Source of the DNA: Nitrospinaceae bacterium
GTDB lineage: Bacteria > Nitrospinota > Nitrospinia > Nitrospinales > Nitrospinaceae
Reading direction: 5' to 3'
DNA length: 64,000 nt
NCBI GenBank assembly: GCA_965223665.1
Contig: OZ245011.1
Coordinates: forward strand, 3,968,001-4,032,000
Within the stretch, counting starts at the first letter, position 1, and every line of letters begins with the position of its first letter. The position numbers and the translations under genes were made by a program. Positions 30,507 to 39,883 of this stretch are shown one piece after another. Below the pieces are notes generated by a model, which saw only the letters and a program-made list of their open reading frames with translations, made no database searches and was not told the DNA's origin.

Positions 30507-31273
30507 AAAGATCGTATTTGTGGTTGATAGTGATTACCTGCTTCACATTATTAATAATAGGATTCCCTTTTTTAGTTTTTGCTGCAGACCACCGAAATTT
30601 AGAAGAAAACCATCCTACCCGAATCGAAGATGCTTATCCAATTTCCTTTCGATCCTTTGAATTCCAAACCAGAATTGGATATGAAAGTGAAACGGATGTA
30701 GGCAAAGATACAGGTGTTTTTGAGGGGGAATTGAAATGGGGATTTTTGAAAAATGCCCATTTAGTTTTAGGTTTGCCCATTAATTTTGGGAGCAACTTAG
30801 AGCCAGATTTAAACGGAGACGTTCGTTTTGAGAGTTTATACAATTTTAATGTAGAAACTTTAACCCTTCCGGCCTTCGCTTTTAAAGTTGATTTTTTACT
30901 CCCCTTTGGGAATGACTCTCAAGGAATCGATTTAGATTTGGTTGCAATTGCCACAAAGGGGATTGGCCAAAGCCGATTTCATTTCAATGGAATATACAGA
31001 GTTAATGGTGGAAGAGGTCCGGGAGAACGGAGGCATTTATATGTTTTTGGAATAGCGTTTGACCACCCAATAGATTTAGATCATTTATTCACAGCAGATT
31101 TTTTTGTGGAGCAAGCAGAGAGGAAGGGTCAGGAACCCTTTTATAGTTTTGTAATAGGAATGCGAAAGCAAGTAAACCCCTGGTCTGTATTAACTATGGG
31201 AGTTGGGCACGCTTTTGGAAACGATCGTGCAGCAGATTTTATTGCTACTCTTGGTTTTCAGGTAAACTTTTAA
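30503..31273 (+). CDS. Putative outer-membrane beta-barrel / transporter (MetA-pathway porin-like)
   Basis: Signal peptide, alternating amphipathic strands, C-terminal ATLGFQVNF ending in Phe; ATGA overlap with the upstream gene. Confidence 0.72.
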   Translation: MKRSYLWLIVITCFTLLIIGFPFLVFAADHRNLEENHPTRIEDAYPISFRSFEFQTRIGYESETDVGKDTGVFEGELKWGFLKNAHLVLGLPINFGSNLEPDLNGDVRFESLYNFNVETLTLPAFAFKVDFLLPFGNDSQGIDLDLVAIATKGIGQSRFHFNGIYRVNGGRGPGERRHLYVFGIAFDHPIDLDHLFTADFFVEQAERKGQEPFYSFVIGMRKQVNPWSVLTMGVGHAFGNDRAADFIATLGFQVNF

Positions 31274-31288
31274 GAGTGAAATTTATAG

Positions 31289-33064
31289 CTAACTTAAATC
31301 GTATTTTAGTTTAAGTTCTTTCAGTTGCTTGAGGTCAATTTCAGAGGGTGCCTGAGTCATCATACAAATGGCTTTTTGCGTTTTAGGAAATGCGATGACG
31401 TCACGTATAGAGGGGGCTCCGGATAGCAGCATGGCTATTCGATCCAATCCAAAGGCGATTCCTCCATGAGGTGGGGCTCCATATTGGAGAGCATCGAGTA
31501 AGAATCCAAATTTGGCTTCGGCTTCTTCTTTATCGATTCCTAATAATTTGAACATTTTTTCTTGCACTTTCTGCTGATGAATCCGAATGCTTCCCCCGCC
31601 GATTTCATTGCCGTTAAGCACTAAATCATATGCTCGGGCTCGAATTCCGGCCGGGTCCGTTTCAATTTTATCTAAATCTTCTTCAAGAGGGGATGTGAAA
31701 GGATGATGCATGGCTACATATCGTTTTTCTTCATCATCCCATTCTAAAAGAGGGAATTCGGTGACCCATGCCAGGCAAACTTTGGATTCATCAATTAAAT
31801 TCATTTGTTTTGCAATGGCTAAGCGCAAATGGCCTAAAGCATCGGCAACTATTTTGGGTTTGTCGGCACTGAAGACAATTGTGTCACCCACTTCTCCACC
31901 CAACTTTTCGATCATCGCATCCAACATATCTTGTTTGAAAAACTTAATGATTGGAGATTGCAAACCGTCTTTATTGATTTTGATCCAAGCCATACCTTTG
32001 GCGCCATAAACCTTTGCGACTTCTGTTAAATCGTCTAAAACTTTTCTGGAAAGTACTTCTGTGCTTTTTTTGACATTGATGGCTTTGACTTGGCCACCAT
32101 TTTTTAAAGTCTCAGCAAATACTTTAAAATCAGTTCCCTCTACAGTTTCTGTTAAATCAACAAATTCCATTCCAAATCGAAGATCTGGTTTGTCAGATCC
32201 AAACCGGTTTATAGCGTCACGATAATTTAAAATTTGAAATGGAGTTTCGATCTCAATACCTAGAACTTCTCGATAAATATTGGCGATCATTTGTTCTACC
32301 ATTTCAAATAGTAATTCTTCATCAACAAAGGAAAGCTCAATATCAATTTGGGTGAATTCAGGTTGGCGATCATTCCTTAAATCTTCATCTCTAAAACATT
32401 TGACGATTTGGAAATACCGATCCATTCCTGATACCATCAAAATTTGTTTGAATAATTGTGGCGATTGGGGCAGGGCGTAAAATCTTTGTGAATTGATACG
32501 ACTGGGTACTAAATAATCTCGTGCGCCTTCAGGAGTGCTACGAGTCAGCATTGGGGTTTCAATTTCAATAAAGTTTTGTTCATGCAATGAATTGCGTACT
32601 ACGCGAGTAATGTTATATCGCAATTTCATATTTTTTTGCAGTTCATCACCCCGTAAATCCAGATATCGATGTTTGAGTCTTAATGCCTCGCTAACTTCGG
32701 CATTGTCCCATCCAGGGAAAGGAGGAGTTTCTGATTTATTGAGAATGTTCAGATCTTCTACATAAACTTCAATAGAGCCGGTTTTCAACTTGGTATTTAT
32801 CATCTCATCTGGTCGAGCCCTCACATTGCCGGTTACGGCTATCACGTAATTGCCCCGTAGAGATTGGGCTTCCTGATGAGCTAATTGATCGATTTGTGGA
32901 TTCAAAACTACTTGGGTGATTCCATATTTATCCCAAAGATCAATGAAGATCAATCCTCCATGGTCTCGGCGGGTATGAATCCAACCGCACAGGGTTACGC
33001 TTTGACCAATTTGCGAATTGGACAATTCTCCACAATTGTGTGATCTTTTTGAATTGTTTGGCAT
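31289..33064 (-). CDS. aspS: Aspartate--tRNA ligase (possibly non-discriminating Asp/Asn)
   Basis: RRDHGGLIFID, PEGARDYLVPSR, LPQSPQLFKQ, FRDED, GGGSIRIH, PPHGGIAFGLDR; start at ATG 33064 (MPNNSKRSH). Confidence 0.97.
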   Translation of the reverse strand: MPNNSKRSHNCGELSNSQIGQSVTLCGWIHTRRDHGGLIFIDLWDKYGITQVVLNPQIDQLAHQEAQSLRGNYVIAVTGNVRARPDEMINTKLKTGSIEVYVEDLNILNKSETPPFPGWDNAEVSEALRLKHRYLDLRGDELQKNMKLRYNITRVVRNSLHEQNFIEIETPMLTRSTPEGARDYLVPSRINSQRFYALPQSPQLFKQILMVSGMDRYFQIVKCFRDEDLRNDRQPEFTQIDIELSFVDEELLFEMVEQMIANIYREVLGIEIETPFQILNYRDAINRFGSDKPDLRFGMEFVDLTETVEGTDFKVFAETLKNGGQVKAINVKKSTEVLSRKVLDDLTEVAKVYGAKGMAWIKINKDGLQSPIIKFFKQDMLDAMIEKLGGEVGDTIVFSADKPKIVADALGHLRLAIAKQMNLIDESKVCLAWVTEFPLLEWDDEEKRYVAMHHPFTSPLEEDLDKIETDPAGIRARAYDLVLNGNEIGGGSIRIHQQKVQEKMFKLLGIDKEEAEAKFGFLLDALQYGAPPHGGIAFGLDRIAMLLSGAPSIRDVIAFPKTQKAICMMTQAPSEIDLKQLKELKLKYDLS

Positions 33065-33230
33065 AAATTTTAGATTAAGGCAAAAAATGATCCCACAACT
33101 TACTGAAAATGAAGACGAGTTGCAAGTGCTTATTTGATACACATTTAAAAATATTGAACCATTGGGTGCTTTTGGAAGAGGGTTTGGGCCACGAGAGCGT
33201 TAGGGAAAAACAAATTAGTCCCAATAAAGT

Positions 33231-34670
33231 CTATTCAGGTGAAGTTTCAGGATCGGATGGTTTTTGGAGTTTCTCGGAGGAATTTGAATCATCATCTTCC
33301 TCAGATTGAGAAACAAGGGCTGCAGCTTTTTTCTGAGCTTCTATTTCCCGCTGTTTTTCTTCCATAGCTTTTTTTTCTGCCTGCCATTCAATAACCATTT
33401 GGGGCTTAATCTTTATTGCGACCGGAATATTAACCGTACTGCAGGAACGGACACAAACGCCGCATCCAGTACATGTTTTTTTATTAATAATGGGCTTTTG
33501 ATCCTTTTGAGTAATGACACCAGGGATGGGGCAATCGATTATGCATTGTTGGCAAAAGGTATCACCATAAGCCTGACATTTCTTTTTATCAAGAATGGCA
33601 TAGCCCATTTTTGCTTCTTCTCTTCCCCCGGGGACTGGTAGTAAGGCACCATCTGGGCAAGCAGGAATACAGGGTAAATCATTACACATTACACAAGGAA
33701 CTTTGACTGGGTCGATGTAGGGCGTGTCCATAATAAGGAAGCCGTGTTTCTTAGGAACTCTCTGGATAGCATCTTTCGGACAGGCATTAATGCATTTGTC
33801 ACAACGAGTGCAGGCCTGTAAAAAAGCTCTTTCAGAAATAGCTCCAGGAGGTCTTAAAAGCGGAATTCGTTTTGTGATTTTATCTACGGTTTGATTAACT
33901 TTATCAATTTTACCCTGGATTTTGTCCACCGTAGGTTTCGCAAAAAAATGGACGCTCTTACGCATTAGATTGCGCCGGTTCATCTCAACATCTTCGTCAC
34001 TCCTTTCTTCCTCAGACTCTTCATCGTGATTTTCGTTAGAGTTTGAAGAAGGGATTTCTTGAGTTTGTTCAATAGAGGTTTCTATTTCAGAATCTGGGGT
34101 CTTAGTATCGGAGGATTGTGAATCCAGGTTATTTTTTGCAGCTAGTTTTTCAGCCTTAATTCTTTTCTTTTCTAATTTTCGAGCTTCAATTTCTTCAGGG
34201 TCTTCTAGGGTAGGGTAAAACCGTTCTACCACTCGTCTAAAAAAACCGCGCTTGGGTTTTTCAGTTTCAATAATTTCTGTTTTGGCCTCATTGCCAGTCT
34301 CTTCTAAAGCTTCATTCGATTCAGAGAGATTTTCATTTAAACTATCATTCTGTTCGTTTAATTCTTCTTCCTCTTTAAGGCGTATTTTTTTTCTTTTAAT
34401 TTTTTTTCTTTCTTTTTCTTTTCTGTCTGATTCGTCGGCATATTCTTTGAGTTGATTTAAACTTCCAAATAATCCACGACGAGATATCTCTTGCTGCTCA
34501 ATAGGTTTTTTTAGGGAAGCTTTTAATTTGTGCAAACTTAAAAGATCTTTGTCATCAGAAGAATGGTTTCCTTTTTGATCTTCCGAAATATGATCTTCAT
34601 TCGTTTTTATTTTTGGAGGAAGTTTTTTTCCTTTGAATTTATCTTTATTTAGTTTGTATCGAAGTGACAT
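33231..34670 (-). CDS. NapG/MauM-type four-cluster ferredoxin with long charged N-terminal extension
   Basis: LRPPGA, CTRCDKCINACP, CVMCNDLPCIPACP, CQAY..CQQCIIDCP, CTGCGVCVRSC. Confidence 0.85.
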   Translation of the reverse strand: MSLRYKLNKDKFKGKKLPPKIKTNEDHISEDQKGNHSSDDKDLLSLHKLKASLKKPIEQQEISRRGLFGSLNQLKEYADESDRKEKERKKIKRKKIRLKEEEELNEQNDSLNENLSESNEALEETGNEAKTEIIETEKPKRGFFRRVVERFYPTLEDPEEIEARKLEKKRIKAEKLAAKNNLDSQSSDTKTPDSEIETSIEQTQEIPSSNSNENHDEESEEERSDEDVEMNRRNLMRKSVHFFAKPTVDKIQGKIDKVNQTVDKITKRIPLLRPPGAISERAFLQACTRCDKCINACPKDAIQRVPKKHGFLIMDTPYIDPVKVPCVMCNDLPCIPACPDGALLPVPGGREEAKMGYAILDKKKCQAYGDTFCQQCIIDCPIPGVITQKDQKPIINKKTCTGCGVCVRSCSTVNIPVAIKIKPQMVIEWQAEKKAMEEKQREIEAQKKAAALVSQSEEDDDSNSSEKLQKPSDPETSPE

Positions 34671-34737
34671 AAAAAATTTCTTATTTAACCAAGCCTTTTA
34701 TTACATAGTATCTCACGCCAAGGAAGTATTGTAATTT

Positions 34738-35241
34738 TTAATCCCTAGGGTCCCATCCCATTTCATGCGCGATATTTTTATAATCGTGCCAATTTTGTGC
34801 ATTGGCATTTTCCAACATATATTCATCGGTAGCTAAAACAAGAGGATGACCCTTATTGACAAAAGATTGGACTGTAGGGAATCTTAAAAGAAATACAGTT
34901 ACACTTATTCTGGCTAAATCTTTGATATCTGGATCATCTAAAGCCTCTTTTAATAAATCTTCTGCATTGTCTTCTGTAACCTGTTGAAACAGGTCTGCGG
35001 TCTTTTCTTCTAAATGAGGGTTCGTATCACAAATCTTTGCAGCCTCAAGCTGAAGCTCTAGAATTCTTTGAAAATCCTCATCATCAAATTCTCCTTCCAT
35101 TTTTCCTTCTTCCCATGCAGAACCATCCAAGGTTCTATTATTGGGTTCGTCTTTACGTTCAGAGGTTTCACAAAATGCTAAATTTGCCTCATCTAAGATG
35201 ATTTTTGTCTTTATTTCTGTCTTGGTTAGATTTTCTGACAT
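34738..35241 (-). CDS. Acidic hypothetical protein
   Basis: 167-aa ORF with GGAG RBS; no recognised motif. Confidence 0.75.
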   Translation of the reverse strand: MSENLTKTEIKTKIILDEANLAFCETSERKDEPNNRTLDGSAWEEGKMEGEFDDEDFQRILELQLEAAKICDTNPHLEEKTADLFQQVTEDNAEDLLKEALDDPDIKDLARISVTVFLLRFPTVQSFVNKGHPLVLATDEYMLENANAQNWHDYKNIAHEMGWDPRD

Positions 35242-35617
35242 GGAACTTATTGGACTCCCTTATTTATACTTTCGAATTGTAAAAATTAAGATTTTTATGG
35301 CTTAATTCCCACTTACTAGCGAAAGGTAAGTTTATTTAAATGAATTGGTTTGTTGGCCTCATCCTACCATAATTACCCTTAGAAACGGAAGGAAACTCAG
35401 TGTCGAGATTCTGTTACTTTTAGGACACAAATGGTTACAAAAGTGGATTTCCGAAATTATGGTAAATTTATTGATTTTAAAGTTTACATGCAGTTTTTCT
35501 TATAGGTAGTGTGATACCATACCCCTAAATTTTGAGAAAATACGGATCAAATTTGATTTTTATCCATCAAAACTTCTATAAATAAGGGCGTTTTATTATT
35601 AGTAGAGTGAATGGCTT

Positions 35618-37441
35618 ATGAAAAAAGTTTTATTAATTTTTCCACCTGAGTGGGTTCCAACTGCACCTTATTTAGCCCTCCCTAGTTTGACGGCTGTATT
35701 ACGTCAAAATGGAATTCAAGTAGTGCAAAAAGATATTAATGTAGAGGCTTTTGAACATTATTTCACTCCTGAATTTTTTCAATTTGTAGAAAACAAGATT
35801 AAGGGGCGACTTAAGAGCTTAAGAGCGAAGCAAAGGGAAGCAGGGCTCAGCGATGAAGAAAGTCAACTTAAAGAAATGCTCACTCAATATACTTTTGTAG
35901 ATTTGCCCTACCATATAGAAAAAGTCCAGCGGGCTAAAGAGATTGTGCGTTCAAAGGAATTTTATGAAGTTGAAAAATTAGAATGGGCTTTAAATTCTTT
36001 TCGTGAAGCGATGGAGTATATATCCGCCTCATATTTTCCTGCGAGTATAAATTTTTATCCGGTTGAAAGTAATTTAAATATTTATCGTCCCTGGGTTTCT
36101 GAGGATCTATTTAAAGCTCCTTATGATGAAGATGTAAATATTTATATTGATCTTTGCAAGCAACTGGTTTTCCCCACAATTGAAAAAGAAAAACCAGATG
36201 TAGTTGGGGTTTCAATTGGAACACCGGTGCAACTGATGTCGGGAATGACGTTTTGCCAATTAATCCGCGAAAAATATCCGGAAATTCATGTGACTGCCGG
36301 TGGAAATATTACCACCCGCTTAAAAGATGAGATTAGCAAAAATAAGAAGTTTTTTGAAAAGGCGTTTCACTCATTGATTTGCTACGAAGGGGAGCATGCC
36401 ATGGTAGAACTGGTAAATGCTCTCGACAAAGGGACCTCTCTAAAAGAGGTTTCAAATCTGATCTGGATGAACGATTCAGGAGAAATCCATGTTAATGAAA
36501 AACTTCATACAGAAAAGGTAAGCGAGTTACCAGTCCCGGACTTTGATGGAATTCCCTGGCATTTATATTTTGCTCCGGAAAAGATTGTGCCTTATTTGGG
36601 GACGCGAGGTTGTTATTGGGGGAAATGCACATTTTGCGATCATGGAGCAGGTTATATTGATCAATTTCGCGCGAAACACGCGGATCAAATGGTTGAAGAG
36701 TTGGCCGAGTTAAAAAGTAAAACGAATGCAAAACACTTTTTGTTTACCGATGAATCGTTTCCGCCTGCCCTGTTTAAAAAGCTTCCACCCATGATGTTAG
36801 ATGCGGGATTGGATATTTATTGGACAACCCTAATTCGGTTTGAATCTTCACTTGTGGAGCCTGAAGTTTGGGAAATAGCTGCAAAATCTGGTTGCCGTTC
36901 TCTTTACTTCGGATTGGAATCAGCCAATGAACGCATAATTAAGTTAGTTAAAAAAGATACAGATATTGATGTGGCAATTCAAAATCTTAATGAGGCAAAA
37001 CGCGTAGGAATTTGGAGTCATGTGATGGGATTTTTTGGTTTTCCAAGTGAAACACAAGAGGAGGCTGAAGACACGCGTCGTTTTTTAATTGATAACCAGG
37101 ATATTATTCACTCCGTAGAAATGTATTTCTTTGTTTTGTATAAACAAGCGCCTGTGATGAAAATGCAAGAAGAAACAAAGATTACGGTTCAATATGATCC
37201 CAATCATGATTTAGCTTTGGATTTTTATTATACCCCTGAAAATGGTCTGACTATTCCTGAGGCGATGAAAAGGTATGAACAGTTTTATAAAGAGGATTTT
37301 CAACCTTGGGCGTTAAGAGTAAATGCCCGTGAACATGTGTATCTTTATATTACTCATTTCGGAACAAATAAGCTTCCTCAGCTTTATGTTAAAAATCAAC
37401 CTTCCTCTGAACGGGAACTTACCTCTGAAGCAATAATTTAA
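35618..37441 (+). CDS. B12-binding domain radical SAM protein
   Basis: LLIFPPEWVPTAPYL, VVGVSI, AGGN, YEGE, TRGCYWGKCTFC (CX4CX2C), FTDE, FGLES, GFPSET. Confidence 0.88.
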   Translation: MKKVLLIFPPEWVPTAPYLALPSLTAVLRQNGIQVVQKDINVEAFEHYFTPEFFQFVENKIKGRLKSLRAKQREAGLSDEESQLKEMLTQYTFVDLPYHIEKVQRAKEIVRSKEFYEVEKLEWALNSFREAMEYISASYFPASINFYPVESNLNIYRPWVSEDLFKAPYDEDVNIYIDLCKQLVFPTIEKEKPDVVGVSIGTPVQLMSGMTFCQLIREKYPEIHVTAGGNITTRLKDEISKNKKFFEKAFHSLICYEGEHAMVELVNALDKGTSLKEVSNLIWMNDSGEIHVNEKLHTEKVSELPVPDFDGIPWHLYFAPEKIVPYLGTRGCYWGKCTFCDHGAGYIDQFRAKHADQMVEELAELKSKTNAKHFLFTDESFPPALFKKLPPMMLDAGLDIYWTTLIRFESSLVEPEVWEIAAKSGCRSLYFGLESANERIIKLVKKDTDIDVAIQNLNEAKRVGIWSHVMGFFGFPSETQEEAEDTRRFLIDNQDIIHSVEMYFFVLYKQAPVMKMQEETKITVQYDPNHDLALDFYYTPENGLTIPEAMKRYEQFYKEDFQPWALRVNAREHVYLYITHFGTNKLPQLYVKNQPSSERELTSEAII

Positions 37442-37535
37442 TTATTCCTTGGTTTTCAATAAATATTAAACCGCCTTGCCTTTAGACCGCTTTGTGCGAA
37501 ACAAATGTTTTGAGTTAAAGCTTTATGAGAGACTC

Positions 37536-37564
37536 TTGACATTTGTTAAGTAAGAAAATACTAT
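37536..37564 (+). promoter_or_regulatory. Putative sigma70 promoter
   Basis: TTGACA-17 nt-TACTAT. Confidence 0.6.
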
Positions 37565-37706
37565 TGGATTTCCGAACTTCGCCAATTCAATTTTGAAGTT
37601 GGATAGGACTTTCCGTTGACTGTTTCTAAGTTGTTGTTATCAATTTTATCTTAAAAAATATTTATACGAACTGACTTTTCTAGTCTTGAAGAGGGGAGAA
37701 AATATC

Positions 37707-38483
37707 GTGCGATTTAACTCTAGGAAATTTTTTTCATATTGCTTTTTTGTTTTGCTAACTATAAACATCTTTTTGCCAATAAAAGCCTTGGCTTTGCCAA
37801 CTCATGAGGAACTGACCGCAGCTCTAGACGCGGCTTCTGCCGCTGGAGTTAATAATGGAGGTATTTTTTCTCCTGCGCGAATGTGGGCTGCAATTGTTGA
37901 TCGAGCCGGACGTGTGGTGCATGTTACTAAAACCACCGGTTCTGATCCGTGGCCTGGGAGTCGAGTTATTGCTATGCAAAAAGCTTATACAGCAAACGCA
38001 TTTAGCAATGATGGATTGGCATTATCAACTGCAAATCTTTTTAAAGCGGTTCAACCGGGTGGAAGTTTATTTGGTCTTCAATTTAGCAATCCTGTCAATC
38101 CATTATTAGCCTACGGAGGAGCACCTCATAAATTTGGAACGAAAAACGATCCAGCTGCTAAAGGGAAAAAAATTGTAGGTGGAGTGAATGTATTTGGAGG
38201 GGGTCTACCCATATATGACCCCAATACCGGAGAAGTTTTAGGGGGAATTGGAGTTAGTGGTGATAGTTCCTGTGCGGATCATGTGATTGCTTGGCGTATT
38301 CGTCACGCACTTGGCTACACCCAGGTTCCGGGAGGGGTAAATACTGGCAATTATGGAGGAGCGGTGGCTCCAGCAAATGGGGATGATAATATCATTTTTG
38401 ATCTTACAAATGGTTTTGGACATCCATTTTGTGGATTTAATGAATTAACAGTAATAGATTTGCCATCGATGGGAAATTTTTAA
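37707..38483 (+). CDS. Exported GlcG/HbpS-family heme-binding protein
   Basis: AAIVDRAG, IAMQKAYTA, FGGGLPIY, LGGIGVSGD..CADH; GTG start with GGGGAG RBS. Confidence 0.85.
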   Translation: MRFNSRKFFSYCFFVLLTINIFLPIKALALPTHEELTAALDAASAAGVNNGGIFSPARMWAAIVDRAGRVVHVTKTTGSDPWPGSRVIAMQKAYTANAFSNDGLALSTANLFKAVQPGGSLFGLQFSNPVNPLLAYGGAPHKFGTKNDPAAKGKKIVGGVNVFGGGLPIYDPNTGEVLGGIGVSGDSSCADHVIAWRIRHALGYTQVPGGVNTGNYGGAVAPANGDDNIIFDLTNGFGHPFCGFNELTVIDLPSMGNF

Positions 38484-38646
38484 CAATTTGAAACTTTATT
38501 TGTTGCCTGGTTTAGTATTTAGTCGGAGGTTTTTTCGGCAGCAAACTTTTTATTGGAAAAGTTGTTGAAAATTGGGTTAATATTGCTCCAGGACTATTTG
38601 GTGATTTAAGATCAACCCATAAGTATTTTTTAAAGGAGGATTCGCC

Positions 38647-39108
38647 TTGAAAAAATTATGGACCGTTTTTATTTTTCTTTTTGTATTCCCAAGCTTGTCG
38701 ATGGCTCATCCGGGAAAGGTGGATGATAAGGGTTGTCATGTATGTAAAAACAATTGTTCTAAATGGAATGTTCCTAAGGGTAAGCCTCATTGTCACGATC
38801 CTGGTGATAAAGGACAGGGAGGATTAAAAAAACAAAAGCAGAAGGAAAAGAAAGCAAAGGCTCGTGAATTAAAAAAAGATAAAAAAAAGAAGGCTAAAGA
38901 TTCCAAAACTAGTAAAAAGGCAAAGAGTCAAAAATCAAAAAAGATGAAAAAAGAAAAGAGCCAAAAGAGCAAAAAAAGTAAGAAAGAAAAAAGTAAGAAT
39001 CTAGAGAAGAAAGCCAAGAAAAAATCAAAAAAAGAAAAGTCAAAGAAGGAAAAGAAAAAAAAGAGTAAAAAATCTAAGAAAAGTAAAAAGAAAAAGTCTA
39101 AAGACTAA
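38647..39108 (+). CDS. Exported YHYH-domain-like protein with Lys/Ser-rich low-complexity tail
   Basis: AAGGAGG RBS, TTG start; AHPGKVDDKGCH...HCH; tail of KSKK/KEK repeats. Confidence 0.8.
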   Translation: MKKLWTVFIFLFVFPSLSMAHPGKVDDKGCHVCKNNCSKWNVPKGKPHCHDPGDKGQGGLKKQKQKEKKAKARELKKDKKKKAKDSKTSKKAKSQKSKKMKKEKSQKSKKSKKEKSKNLEKKAKKKSKKEKSKKEKKKKSKKSKKSKKKKSKD

Positions 39109-39135
39109 AGCTTTCTTAGTATATTTAAACAATTT

Positions 39136-39197
39136 AAAAACCCGATCTTCTACATATTGCTTGTCTGTAAAACATAATGTAGAACCTCGGGTTTTTT
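39136..39197. terminator. Bidirectional intrinsic terminator
   Basis: aaaaacccga-ttctacat...atgtagaa-tcgggttttt between convergent genes. Confidence 0.7.
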
Positions 39198-39237
39198 ATT
39201 AATATAACTCAGTATTCCAGGAATTTATTATAGCAAT

Positions 39238-39645
39238 TTAATGGGTAATAATTGGTTCCATTTCTTTTGCTTCTTCCACCCATTTTGCTATTTGACTTGG
39301 CTCCGGAACACTTCGTGTTAATTTTTTTGCTTCGTTGATTTCTCTCATTTTTGCTGACAAATTATCAGGAACTCTCATCTTTAATTCTTTTACAGTATCG
39401 ACACCCGCAGCCTCTAGCAGTTCGGAATATTGTTTACCAATTCCTTTTATTCTCATTAAGTCCGCTTTATTTGTCCAACCCAAAAGAACGGATTCGGATA
39501 TTCCAGTTTTTCCGGAAGTATCTTTTCTACCTTTTGCTGAACCGCATACCTCAAGTAAGTCAGAAGTTGTATTGATTCCAGCTTCTGTTAATTTATTCCC
39601 ATTGATGGGGCCAATTCCTTCTATTTCCTGAATTTTATAGCTCAT
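39238..39645 (-). CDS. DUF4332 family helix-hairpin-helix protein
   Basis: IEGIGP, ADLMRIKGIGKQYSELLEAAGVDTVKEL. Confidence 0.9.
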   Translation of the reverse strand: MSYKIQEIEGIGPINGNKLTEAGINTTSDLLEVCGSAKGRKDTSGKTGISESVLLGWTNKADLMRIKGIGKQYSELLEAAGVDTVKELKMRVPDNLSAKMREINEAKKLTRSVPEPSQIAKWVEEAKEMEPIITH

Positions 39646-39883
39646 TTTTCCCTCCCTGAATAAAAAAATGTTCAGAAATTATACCAAAAAGGGCGTATTG
39701 TTTTTAAGAATAAACATTGTTTCTAAATATTGGAGTTACGTATTAGTAGCGTGATCGGACTAAATGATATTGTTTTTTTTGAAGTTATTAGGTGGGCCAT
39801 TTTTTTCTTGATTGCCGAAATTCCGAAGTGTAATTTAGGAGATAAATTAACCAAAAAAAATTATATTTTAGGGGGAAAGTCAT

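Noticed and set aside
33065-33142. N-terminal extension of AspRS (617-aa version)
   Set aside because: Similarity to AspRS begins at MPNNSKRSH; the Cys/Ser-rich extension looks like translated UTR.
33231-34670. Periplasmic nitrate reductase (nap) operon
   Set aside because: Only a NapG-like ferredoxin is present; no napA, napB, napH or napD in the window.
38830-39105. Tandem DNA repeat or phase-variable tract
   Set aside because: The A-rich periodicity is explained by Lys-rich coding with degenerate codons; there is no exact repeat unit.
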